A stretch of DNA of 57,303 nucleotides, from the NCBI GenBank assembly GCA_964617695.1, contig CAZTYW010000005.1, positions 1-57,303 on the forward strand. The letters are read 5' to 3'. The DNA comes from an uncultured Dehalococcoidia bacterium (GTDB lineage Bacteria > Chloroflexota > Dehalococcoidia > UBA2247 > RBG-13-53-26). Positions 20,432 through 29,351 of this stretch are shown here, piece after piece. Each line of letters begins with the position of its first letter. Position 1 is the first letter of the stretch. The translations under genes were made by a program, and so were the position numbers. The notes below the pieces were generated by a model. It saw only the letters and a program-made list of their open reading frames with translations. It made no database searches and was not told the DNA's origin.

Positions 20432-20609
20432 GTGCCGTCTGCCTGGCAAAGCCGGTTGTCGCCGGGGCAACCTGTACTGTATGAGCAGCCCGGCAATGGT
20501 GACATCAAGCAGCGCTATTGGTGCCGGACGTGTGGTTGGTCTGACCAGGCCAAAGTCGACTCTGGAACGTGAATAGGACAGTGTCAACACAACGAAGGAG
20601 GTACTGAAC

Positions 20610-21386
20610 GTGGGTAAGCTGGACGGCAAAGTTGCCTTGATTACCGGGTCCGCTACGGGAATAGGGCGGGCTACTGCACTTCTTTTCGCCAGGGAAGGTG
20701 CGAAGGTGGTGGTGGCCGACTACGCCCCTGATGAGGGGAAAGAGACGGTGAGAATGATCAGAGACGCCGGCAGCGAGGCTATCTTCGTTGAGGCCGACGT
20801 CCGCCGGGCGGACGATGTGAAGAAGATGATCAGGATGGCTGTGGATACTTGCGGCCGAATCGATGTTCTCTATAACAATGCCGGTATCATGGGCAGGTGG
20901 ATATTCACCGGGGACCTTGACGAGCAAGAGTTTGACGACATCGTGGCTACAAACCTGAGGGGGGTGTTCCTCGGGTGCAAGTACGTTCTCCCGGTGATGC
21001 TTGACCAGGGGGGCGGTGTCATTATCAACACTGCGTCCACAGCGGGCCTCATTGGGTTACCCGGTCTGCCGGGCTATTGCGCCTCCAAAGCGGGCGTCAT
21101 CCAGCTTACCAAGACAGCGGCGCTGGAGTATGCCGACAAGAATATCAGGGTCAACTGCATCTGTCCGGGTGGCATAAAGACGAGGATGTCCGAGCCGGAA
21201 CCGACCGGCACGGAGCCGGCTTTCAGGCAGTCCCAGCCTATGCGTCGGTTCGGCCTTCCCGAGGAAGTGTCTCAGGCTGCGCTCTACCTGGCGTGTGATG
21301 ACTCTTCATTTGTCAGCGGTGCGGCTCTGGTAGTCGATGGCGGCTGGACAAGCGGCATACCCAAAGCTCGCCCCAAGAAGCAGTAG
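20610..21386 (+). CDS. Classical SDR oxidoreductase
   Basis: TGSATGIG, NNAG and YCASK motifs. Confidence 0.9.
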   Translation: MGKLDGKVALITGSATGIGRATALLFAREGAKVVVADYAPDEGKETVRMIRDAGSEAIFVEADVRRADDVKKMIRMAVDTCGRIDVLYNNAGIMGRWIFTGDLDEQEFDDIVATNLRGVFLGCKYVLPVMLDQGGGVIINTASTAGLIGLPGLPGYCASKAGVIQLTKTAALEYADKNIRVNCICPGGIKTRMSEPEPTGTEPAFRQSQPMRRFGLPEEVSQAALYLACDDSSFVSGAALVVDGGWTSGIPKARPKKQ

Positions 21387-21453
21387 CTACTCGGCGACAG
21401 GTGTGGCCGGTCCCTGGCTGAGTTGCGGAGGAAGATAGCAGGGGCCGTCGGGG

Positions 21454-22098
21454 TCAGCTCTTTGCCCCCTCGGCGCTGTCGCCCTGGCCCTGGGCTTCCC
21501 GGTCTCTGACCCAACGTTTGAGCTCGTCCAGGCCTGGTGGGGCGACGTAGAACACCTGTATGTCCAGCGGAAACTGGACCTGGTGCCCTTCTCTCATGAG
21601 CAGGATGCCCATCTGCCCGTTCTGCAGCGTTTCGTCTATTTGCCTGGCGATGTGCTCGTTTCTCTTCTTTCGGGCCTCTGTATACGATTCGTAGACCGTG
21701 CTGATTGCCTTATGGCTTTGCAGTCCGACCGCCAGGCATTTGCTCCAGTCCATGAACTCCGCCAGCAATTGAGCGTCCTCAATCGGCTGAAGCTCAGCCC
21801 CTTTCTCCAGCCTCACCCTGGCAATCTGGTAGCTTCCGATGTTTAGTTCCTCAAGAGCTTTGGCGCCATCTTCGCCGCCGACCGGGACGAGCTCGTGGTA
21901 CACCCGCTGCACGCTGCCGAGTTTGAGTTCCAGGTTGGACACATGAGCCTCCACTTGCTCCCAATAACTGTTGACTCTCTCAAGTAGATCGGCCTGGGGC
22001 TCCCTGGGCGCAAACACAAGGGGCACGAAGAGTAGCTTCCTGTCCGCCCTGTAGTCTTCAACAGGTGGCTTCTCTATTCTACCGAGTTCTTCCGACAT
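21454..22098 (-). CDS. Hypothetical protein, possible EreA/ChaN/TIKI-like fold
   Basis: Coding-like ORF with RBS; VYHE...RNEHIARQIDETL...GILLMREGH pattern. Confidence 0.65.
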   Translation of the reverse strand: MSEELGRIEKPPVEDYRADRKLLFVPLVFAPREPQADLLERVNSYWEQVEAHVSNLELKLGSVQRVYHELVPVGGEDGAKALEELNIGSYQIARVRLEKGAELQPIEDAQLLAEFMDWSKCLAVGLQSHKAISTVYESYTEARKKRNEHIARQIDETLQNGQMGILLMREGHQVQFPLDIQVFYVAPPGLDELKRWVRDREAQGQGDSAEGAKS

Positions 22099-22127
22099 CC
22101 TGTTTCACCTGGAACTGATTGCCACGT

Positions 22128-22955
22128 TTACATCCCGAACGGCCTTTGCCTCTTGTAGCGGAGATAGTGCTCGGAGATGAAGTTGATGGGCTTCTTGGCC
22201 GTGTTGAAGTTTTCATGGAGGAGCCGCAAGGCCTCCGACAGCTCGGACCCTCTGGCCGCTTCGTGCTCTGCTGCCAGTTTGTAGAATCTGACGCCTTCCT
22301 CTTCGTAGTCTTCCGCGCTCCTTCTCACTCGCCCGGCGATTCTGGGCCTCGTTTCACCTGACGACGGGTAGCTGTAGTCGAGATAGGTGTACTCAGGGAA
22401 CAGGCCGAGGATGAAGAGGCAGACATCCCCTATTCTCTTGTAGAAACTGAACCTGTGTTCCTCGTCGACGGCCTGACACAACCTGTTCAGACAGTCAATG
22501 TCCATGTCGTTGAAGCTGATCTTTCGCCAGATTCCGGCTCTCACCCTGAGCGGGATCGTATAGCTCTCGATCTTGGTAAAGGAGGACAGCATTTCGGCCA
22601 GGTATCTTAGAATTGCCTTGTTTCCCAGGAGACTGACGACCTCCGTGGTGTCGAAGACGGGTATTCTCTGGCTGGCGGTTCTCTCCACCGTGTAGGTTTG
22701 ATGCCCCAGTTCCTTCAAAGTCTTCCTGAGCAGGACCTCGAACAGAAGCCTTGGGGTGATGCTGGCCATGATGCCCTCTTCGCCCATAAGCATGATCCGC
22801 TGGAACAGTCTTTCGGTTTCCTGGTCCAGCATGCCCTCGATGATGGAGGGATCACCCTTTATGGTGCCTATCTTGGGCATGAGTTGAGGGTCCACAGTGT
22901 CAACCAGAAACACGATGTCGCCTTCTGAGAGTCCTGACAACTGTCGCTCCGCCAT
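22128..22955 (-). CDS. Hypothetical protein
   Basis: Coding-like 275 aa ORF (YLAEMLSSF, KRIGDVCLFILGLFPE, EGVRFY), co-oriented with the next gene across a 29 nt gap. Confidence 0.7.
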   Translation of the reverse strand: MAERQLSGLSEGDIVFLVDTVDPQLMPKIGTIKGDPSIIEGMLDQETERLFQRIMLMGEEGIMASITPRLLFEVLLRKTLKELGHQTYTVERTASQRIPVFDTTEVVSLLGNKAILRYLAEMLSSFTKIESYTIPLRVRAGIWRKISFNDMDIDCLNRLCQAVDEEHRFSFYKRIGDVCLFILGLFPEYTYLDYSYPSSGETRPRIAGRVRRSAEDYEEEGVRFYKLAAEHEAARGSELSEALRLLHENFNTAKKPINFISEHYLRYKRQRPFGM

Positions 22956-23309
22956 ATACTGTCAACCGCCCTTCTCGTCTGTGGCTCGTCGACGGCCGCA
23001 AGCTGTCATGCTATTGCATGTCCCCCGGCCCGGTCTGGTCGATGGCCTTGCACGTCGTCCGCTGCTTCCGATTCTATCACAGACCCCTGGGCGCGGGTAG
23101 CTCGCCCAACCGGTGCGGTCTCACGGCATTAGATTGCATGGATTTTGCCTGGCGTGCGGGTTTGCCGGGGCGCTGTACAGACGTTGCGGCCGGTCGAAGC
23201 TCGGCCCGGATCCAAGACGGCGGAAACCTGAAGCCAAATTGGACGTCCAGCGCGCATCTGATAAACTTGCAGGCGAATCTGCTTCGAACCCGTCCCTGGG
23301 AGGTGGCAC

Positions 23310-23810
23310 ATGGACGCAATACAGGCCATAAGGGAAAGAAGGAGCGTCAGGAGGTATCAGTCCAGGGCTGTTCCAGAGGAGAAGTTGGACCGAATCCTGG
23401 AGGCTGGCCGCTGGGCTCCCTCTGCGAGCAACCGTCAACCCTGGAAGTTCGTGCTGATACGGGATGATAAGGTCAGGAACGAGCTGGCCAGGGTCGCAAC
23501 CTACGGCAGTTTCCTGGCTCAGGCGCCGGTTGCCATTGCTGTAGTTGTTGATCCACTGGGTTCGACTCACCCGGTGGAGGATGGTGCGGCCGCAACGCAG
23601 AACATGCTACTGGCTGCTCACGCGTTGGGTCTGGGCACGTGCTGGGTTGGCTCATATGGTTCTGTCTATGAAGAGAGTGCCAGGGAGATACTGGGAATAC
23701 CCCAAGATAGAAGGCTGCTCTCGCTCATTGCTGTGGGCTATCCGGCTGAGTCGCCCCGATCGAGCAGGTTGGACCTCAGCAGGCTGGTGTGCCATGATCG
23801 GTATGCCTGA
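23310..23810 (+). CDS. Nitroreductase family protein
   Basis: RRSVRRY, APSASNRQPW and LGLGTCWVG motifs; GGAGG RBS. Confidence 0.93.
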   Translation: MDAIQAIRERRSVRRYQSRAVPEEKLDRILEAGRWAPSASNRQPWKFVLIRDDKVRNELARVATYGSFLAQAPVAIAVVVDPLGSTHPVEDGAAATQNMLLAAHALGLGTCWVGSYGSVYEESAREILGIPQDRRLLSLIAVGYPAESPRSSRLDLSRLVCHDRYA

Positions 23811-24288
23811 AGCTTGTGGCAGGTTCTTGTGCTTCCCCTGCGATAATGCGCCTGCGCAGCCTGGGTGCCGCGTATGATTAAGACGGTTTCGACTGGTTGG
23901 CCCACGATGTAGACCGCAGGTCGTTGCAGTTCCGTGAGGCTGGTTGACTACTTGTCCTGAGAGTTCTATCATTGCCGCGAGGGAACAGTTCGTAGGGGAC
24001 CGCTGACGAGCGGCGGCGGTGGGGGGTCTGCCACCAGTGGCGCAGTAAATCCGGCACAAGACATACTGTCTTCTGCACTTGATCTCCTTGGACGCTCTTC
24101 TAGTCTGGAATACGACCGGCTTGGCGGCGCGCTGGCGCTGATGGCGGTCTCCGTAGCGGAATCGGCTTGCTGCCGAGACAGGCGGTCGGACTGGGACTTG
24201 AGCGCAGAGCCTGAGCAAGCGCCGGTTTCAGCCACGGCAGCCCGTCCATTCCTGGCTAAGGGCCCACCCCTGGCATCAGCCAACCGAC

Positions 24289-25080
24289 TCAGTCTGACGC
24301 GCCAGCATGGTCCAGTTCATCCAGATCGAATCTCATGCCGTCCCGGGCTGCAATGACCCGAACGCCGGTCTGGTCTGACAGTCGCCTGGCTACCTCCCAG
24401 GGCCTGGCTCGCCACATGGTCATCCCGAAGTGGTTCAGGATGGCTACCTTCGGCCTGAGATTGCCGATGATCTCGCCTGCCTCCGGCGCAGACAGGTGGT
24501 CGAAGGGGCCTCCGGGCTCCAGCCTGACCACGTTGACAATGAGGAGGTCAGCTTTGTATAGCTGACACAGGCGGTCGAAGTAGCGCGTGTCCACAAGACA
24601 TGAGATGGTGTGTCTCCCGGTGTTGAAGACGATCCCGTACGTCTCCACGGGGTGGATGTGTTTGAGCGGGGTTTGAAAAGTGATGTTGTCGACCCGGTAG
24701 CTTCCCCCTTCTTTGATGACCTCTACGCGGTCAAGGTACGGGCGCAGGTAGCCGAGGACAACCGGGTCGTCCTCCAGGGCATCCCTTGGGGCAAAGAGGA
24801 CGCCTCTCCTGCGCAGGCCGCCATCGGTCATGGCCTCGATCATGATGTTGACATCCCCGGAGTGATCGAGGTGCTTGTGGGACAGGATTATGGCTTTCAG
24901 CTTGGACGCCTTGAGTTTCCGTTTGGCAGCCTGGACCAGGGTTCCAGGCCCGGGGTCGAGCAGCACTTCGGTGCCACCGAAATCGAACCAGAGTCCTCCC
25001 GAGGCAAGGATCTGGTTCGCCACCATTACGCGGGCGCCGGCGGTTCCCAGGAAGGTGATGCTTTGGCTCGCTTGGTTCAA
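24289..25080 (-). CDS. MBL-fold metallo-hydrolase (RNase Z/PhnP-like)
   Basis: ITFLGTAG, LDPGPG, SHKHLDHSGD (HxHxDH) and ILNHFG motifs. Start uncertain (TTG 25080 or ATG 25125); minus-strand TATAAT at 25114-25119 favours 25080. Confidence 0.85.
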   Translation of the reverse strand: MNQASQSITFLGTAGARVMVANQILASGGLWFDFGGTEVLLDPGPGTLVQAAKRKLKASKLKAIILSHKHLDHSGDVNIMIEAMTDGGLRRRGVLFAPRDALEDDPVVLGYLRPYLDRVEVIKEGGSYRVDNITFQTPLKHIHPVETYGIVFNTGRHTISCLVDTRYFDRLCQLYKADLLIVNVVRLEPGGPFDHLSAPEAGEIIGNLRPKVAILNHFGMTMWRARPWEVARRLSDQTGVRVIAARDGMRFDLDELDHAGASD

Positions 25081-25146
25081 TGCCTGTTCCTGTGGTGAAT
25101 CATCCCTTGCTGTATTATAGTACATGGCTATCCTGGTTCGGGTCCC

Positions 25147-26196
25147 ATGATCAGTATCGACGGTGCGGCGAAATCGGGTTCTGGCACTATTCTGCGCCTG
25201 GCTGTGGCTCTGTCCAGCCTGTTGGGCGAGGAACTGCATGTCTGGAATATACGGGCGGGCAGGGACAAGCCTGGGCTCAGGCCCCAGCATGTGCAGGTTG
25301 TCTTGGCCTGCGCGCGAGTTTGTGGAGGCACTGCCGAAAAAGTGAGTGTGGGGTCAAAAGAGGTATTCTACAGGCCCGGCAAGCACATCAGCGGAGGCTC
25401 GTATGCATGGGACATAGGAAGCGCCGGCTCGACTACCATGCTAGCCATGAACCTGATGCTGCTGGGGTGCTTTGCTGATGAGACGTTTACCTGCAGGATC
25501 TCGGGAGGACTGTTCCAGGATTTCGCGCCCACGGCCTATCACACGCAGTACGTGCTGATTCCCACGCTAAGCAAGATGGGCGTAAATGCCAGGCTCAAGG
25601 TGAAGCAAGCCGGGTACGTGCCGCAGGGTGGGGGTGTTGTTGAGTTGCAGGTAGAACCGCTCGCAGCAAGCCTCGCCCCGCTGGTGCTTGCTGAGCAGGG
25701 CAAGTTGAGGAGGATTGAAGGCATTGCTCTGTCCTCTCATCTCAGAGAGCAGAAAGTGAGCCACAGGATGGCTGACGAGTGCCACAAGCGACTCGGAGAT
25801 AAGGCACTCAATGCCAGCATAGAGAAGAGATATGATACCAAGGCCAGCCAGAAAGGGGCCGCCCTGAGTGTGTGGGCTCAGACCGATACGGGATGCATCA
25901 TCGGTTCCGACAGGGCGGGTACGCCGGGCAGGAGTTCAGAAGAGATCGGTCGGTACGTTGCACGCAATCTGCTCCAGGAATTGAAGAGTGGTGCGTGCGT
26001 GGATAGATACCTGGCGGACCAGCTGGTTCCTTACTGTGCTCTAGGTAGCGGGGTGAGCCGGTACGTCATCTCACACATGACAGACCACGTGGAGACGAAT
26101 CTCTGGCTGGTCGACAAGGTTCTTGGCGCACGGACGGCCGTGAAGGACAACGTGGTGGAGATACAGGGGATAGGCTTGGCGCCAACCCGGTGCTGA
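25147..26196 (+). CDS. rtcA: RNA 3'-terminal phosphate cyclase
   Basis: IDG..KSGSGTILR, KPGLRPQH, GYVPQGGG, DRYLADQL and TDHVETN (catalytic His) motifs. Confidence 0.92.
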   Translation: MISIDGAAKSGSGTILRLAVALSSLLGEELHVWNIRAGRDKPGLRPQHVQVVLACARVCGGTAEKVSVGSKEVFYRPGKHISGGSYAWDIGSAGSTTMLAMNLMLLGCFADETFTCRISGGLFQDFAPTAYHTQYVLIPTLSKMGVNARLKVKQAGYVPQGGGVVELQVEPLAASLAPLVLAEQGKLRRIEGIALSSHLREQKVSHRMADECHKRLGDKALNASIEKRYDTKASQKGAALSVWAQTDTGCIIGSDRAGTPGRSSEEIGRYVARNLLQELKSGACVDRYLADQLVPYCALGSGVSRYVISHMTDHVETNLWLVDKVLGARTAVKDNVVEIQGIGLAPTRC

Positions 26197-26350
26197 TTTC
26201 CATGCCTTGTCGATACTACTAATGAATCCGCCGACTGCCGGCATACTGCGGCATGGTGAGCCAGTTCAGCCTTTCGTGGTATACTTTTACGAGCGCAGGT
26301 CTCGCAATTCTTGCTGCCTGGCTTCTTGATCAGGCCCTGTCAGGTGAGCC

Positions 26351-27331
26351 ATGCCAGCCAATCTGACGCCGGAATACTACGAAGCTGAGAAGCGGTACAG
26401 ACGTGCCGCCACCCCCCAGGAGAGAATCGAGGCCCTGGAAGAGATGCTATCCGTTATGCCCAAGCACAAGGGCACGGATAAGCTCCGGGCCGAACTCCGT
26501 ACGAAGATTGCCAAGCTGTCCGAGGAGGCCCAAAGAAGGCCGTATGTTGCCAGGAAAGGGAGCCTTCTGTACTACGTTCCGAAGGAAGGGGCTGGCCAGG
26601 TTGTGCTGGTTGGCCTGCCCAACGTAGGCAAGTCCCAACTGGTCTCCGCTGTCACCGATGCGACTCCCGAGGTAGCTCCTTATCCTTTCACTACCCTGAT
26701 GCCCCTTCCAGGCATGATGAGGTTCGACAACATCCAAATGCAGTTGGTGGATGTTCCGGCATTGACAGCACCGCACGTGGAGTCCTGGCTGGGCAACATA
26801 GTAAGGAATGCTGATTTGCTCCTGATCGTGGTAGACCTGTCGCAGGATCCGGCCATGCAGTTGGAGACGATCGTGGAGCGACTGGAGAAATACAGGGTGA
26901 AGGTCATCGGGGAACCGGAAGAGACTGACTTCAGGACGGTCAAGAAGAAGGCGCTGATCGTTGGCAACAAGATGGACCTGGATGGTGCAGATGAGGGCCG
27001 CCAATGGCTCAACTCGCAGCATGAGGGGCTCCCCTGGCTCTGCGTTTCTGCCAAGGGGGGGGATGGCCTTGGCGATCTTGGGCCAGCCATATATGAGGCC
27101 CTGGGAGTCGTTCGCATCTACACCAAGGCGCCGGGGCAGAAGCCAGACCTGACCGAGCCGGTGGTGGTCAAGAAAGGGAGCACAGTCGAGGATGTAGCTG
27201 AGTCCGTCCACAAAGACTTCCGCACCGGGCTGAAGTTCGCGCAGGTCTGGGGCTCGGGCAAATTCGACGGTCAGAAGGTCAAAAGACAGTACGTTCTTCA
27301 GGAAGGAGACATAGTGGAGCTGCACACTTGA
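26351..27331 (+). CDS. DRG-like OBG-family GTPase with C-terminal TGS domain
   Basis: MPANL start; HKGT, GLPNVGKS, YPFTT and NKMD motifs; IYTK...VHKDF...QVWG TGS domain. Confidence 0.9.
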   Translation: MPANLTPEYYEAEKRYRRAATPQERIEALEEMLSVMPKHKGTDKLRAELRTKIAKLSEEAQRRPYVARKGSLLYYVPKEGAGQVVLVGLPNVGKSQLVSAVTDATPEVAPYPFTTLMPLPGMMRFDNIQMQLVDVPALTAPHVESWLGNIVRNADLLLIVVDLSQDPAMQLETIVERLEKYRVKVIGEPEETDFRTVKKKALIVGNKMDLDGADEGRQWLNSQHEGLPWLCVSAKGGDGLGDLGPAIYEALGVVRIYTKAPGQKPDLTEPVVVKKGSTVEDVAESVHKDFRTGLKFAQVWGSGKFDGQKVKRQYVLQEGDIVELHT

Positions 27332-27426
27332 TTCGCATTGGCGTCCACTGTGTTGTTCAGATTGCCTGGCACAGCCACTAGCCTCTCCACTGCCCTGTGA
27401 ATCGGCTCATTCACTGGAGCCACCTG

Positions 27427-27455
27427 TTGCAAAATATTTCTGTCCATGATATAAT
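27427..27455 (+). promoter_or_regulatory. sigma70 promoter upstream of the MarR gene
   Basis: TTGCAA-N17-TATAAT with extended -10 TG. The AT-rich palindromes AAATATTT and AATATATT nearby are possible operators. Confidence 0.8.
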
Positions 27456-27511
27456 TCACCAAAGCCAAAATATATTGCTGGCGCGAATAGTAAGGAACAA
27501 GGGGTTGCCGC

Positions 27512-27994
27512 GTGACGGTTGAAACAGACAGGACACGGCTAATCGAGCATATACTGGACCTTAACATGAAACTGGAGCAACTGGAGCAGGCGTTGCGTCC
27601 AGTTGTCCCCAGAGAGTGGCTGAGCGCTGATGTCACCATGACTCAACTGAGGGTTCTGCTGATTCTGTTCAGGGACGGGCCCACTCGCATGAGCGGCATT
27701 GCCTCCGGCCTGGGGGTTAGTTTTGCCACAGCCACGGGTATTGCAGACCGCCTGGTTGAGAGGGGTCTCGTCATCAGAGAGAACTCGGTTGAAGACCGTC
27801 GCGTGGTGGTTTGCCGGTTGTCCCCTCAGGGAGAGAAGCTGATGAGCCGGCTGTGGCGGTCAGGTCAAGAGCAAATAAAGCACATGCTGGAGAAGATGAC
27901 GCTTTGGCAGCTAGAGGTCGTCGCCCGGGGGACACAGATTTTCATCGATGCAGCCAAATCTTTGCAGGGCGATTCTCAAGGAGGGAAGAGCTAG
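27512..27994 (+). CDS. MarR family transcriptional regulator
   Basis: VTMTQLRVL, ATATGIADRLVERGLV and DRRVVVCRLSPQG motifs. Confidence 0.92.
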   Translation: MTVETDRTRLIEHILDLNMKLEQLEQALRPVVPREWLSADVTMTQLRVLLILFRDGPTRMSGIASGLGVSFATATGIADRLVERGLVIRENSVEDRRVVVCRLSPQGEKLMSRLWRSGQEQIKHMLEKMTLWQLEVVARGTQIFIDAAKSLQGDSQGGKS

Positions 27995-28280
27995 CGTATG
28001 GAACTCTCGCGCAGGCAGGCTAGGCACAAGGTTCACACCCCCCTTTCCCTTGTATGACGGGTCTCGTTCAGAGCGCCTGGGTATCGCGCGGTGCCGCTGC
28101 CTGCGGCTGACAGTCAGTCGAGCCTGTCGCGCACTAGCCTGCCTGCCTAATCGGTATGTGCGAGAGTGTAGAGCGCTTCCTGAGAGGAAGCGAGTTCTGC
28201 TATCATGGTCAGACCCTGTGGTTCCCTCATGACTATTCAGCGCGGTCGCCTGCCTCGAGACAGCGTCCCGCGTTGCTTCG

Positions 28281-29039
28281 TTACCGGGCAACCAGTCCTC
28301 CGTCCACAACCATTGAGTGACCAGTGACGAACGAAGCTGCGTCAGTGCAAAGCCACACGGCTGCCTCGGCTATCTCCTCTGGTTCACCCAGCCTTCCCAC
28401 AGGGTGCATGTCTCTGTAGACCTCGGCCATCTTGGGGCGAGCGGCGATTACGCGGTCGATCAGGGGTGTGTGAATGACGCCCGGACATACCGCGTTGATC
28501 CTGATCCCAGAGGTGGCATACTCCAATGCTGCCGCCTTGGTCAGCCCAATGACCCCGTGTTTGCTGGCAACGTAGATGGGGGTGCCCTGGAAGCCCACCA
28601 GCCCTGCCACAGAGGAGGTGTTGACGATGGCCCCGCTACCCTGCGTCAGCATCTGCTGAATCTCGTATTTCATGCACAGCCATACACCTTTGAGGTTTAC
28701 GGCCATTATCCGGTCCCATTCTTCCTCCGTGGTCTTGGCCGTTGGGACTCGACTTCCTCCGATACCGGCATTATTGAAGGCGCAGTCCAGGCGTCCATAT
28801 GCGTCGACGGCCCGGCTGACCATTGCCTCGACTTCGTCGGACCGCGATACGTCGGTCTTGAAGAACACTGCTTCACCCCCAGACCCCTCGATCATTCGCG
28901 CCGTCTCCTCGCTGCCCTCAACCAGGATGTCAGCTATGACCACCTTCGCACCTTCTCTGGCAAAGGCCAGCGCGGCGGCGCGTCCGATTCCTGAGCTGGC
29001 ACCTGTCACCAAAGCAATCCTGCCATCCAGCGATTTCAT
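28281..29039 (-). CDS. Classical SDR oxidoreductase
   Basis: MKSLDGRIALVTGASSGIG, NNAG and YVASK motifs. Start re-called at 29039 with GGAGG RBS. Confidence 0.92.
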   Translation of the reverse strand: MKSLDGRIALVTGASSGIGRAAALAFAREGAKVVIADILVEGSEETARMIEGSGGEAVFFKTDVSRSDEVEAMVSRAVDAYGRLDCAFNNAGIGGSRVPTAKTTEEEWDRIMAVNLKGVWLCMKYEIQQMLTQGSGAIVNTSSVAGLVGFQGTPIYVASKHGVIGLTKAAALEYATSGIRINAVCPGVIHTPLIDRVIAARPKMAEVYRDMHPVGRLGEPEEIAEAAVWLCTDAASFVTGHSMVVDGGLVAR

Positions 29040-29351
29040 GCCGATACCTCCATGCTCTGTGTTTATGTCTGGGTTGAGCCGACCCACATCAGAGCGGATT
29101 GCGCCCGCCGGCTCACACCGTCGCCAGTTGCTGTTGTCGCTTTCTGAAGCATTTCCGAATCCATTGGCTGGTTCCAGTGACCCGAAGCGGATCAGGCGCT
29201 CCGAGGGCGTTCCCTCGGCGGCGCTGGGATGGCCCGCGAACTGCCACCCGCCTTGGTGGGGCGGGCCGCTATTACGAATAGCCTGGGGTCCGAAGCGTCC
29301 AGGGCCGAAGGTTTCCTGGGTTGGGATGGGCTTGAGCGTACTTGCCAAATG

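Noticed and set aside
26447-27325. 292 aa antisense ORF, and similar ones at 31398-32342 and 40241-41212
   Set aside because: Each mirrors a confidently identified gene on the opposite strand in GC-rich DNA and has no recognisable motifs.
29040-29348. 103 aa N-terminal extension of the SDR
   Set aside because: The true start at 29039 has a GGAGG RBS; the extension is Pro/Gly-rich and non-homologous.
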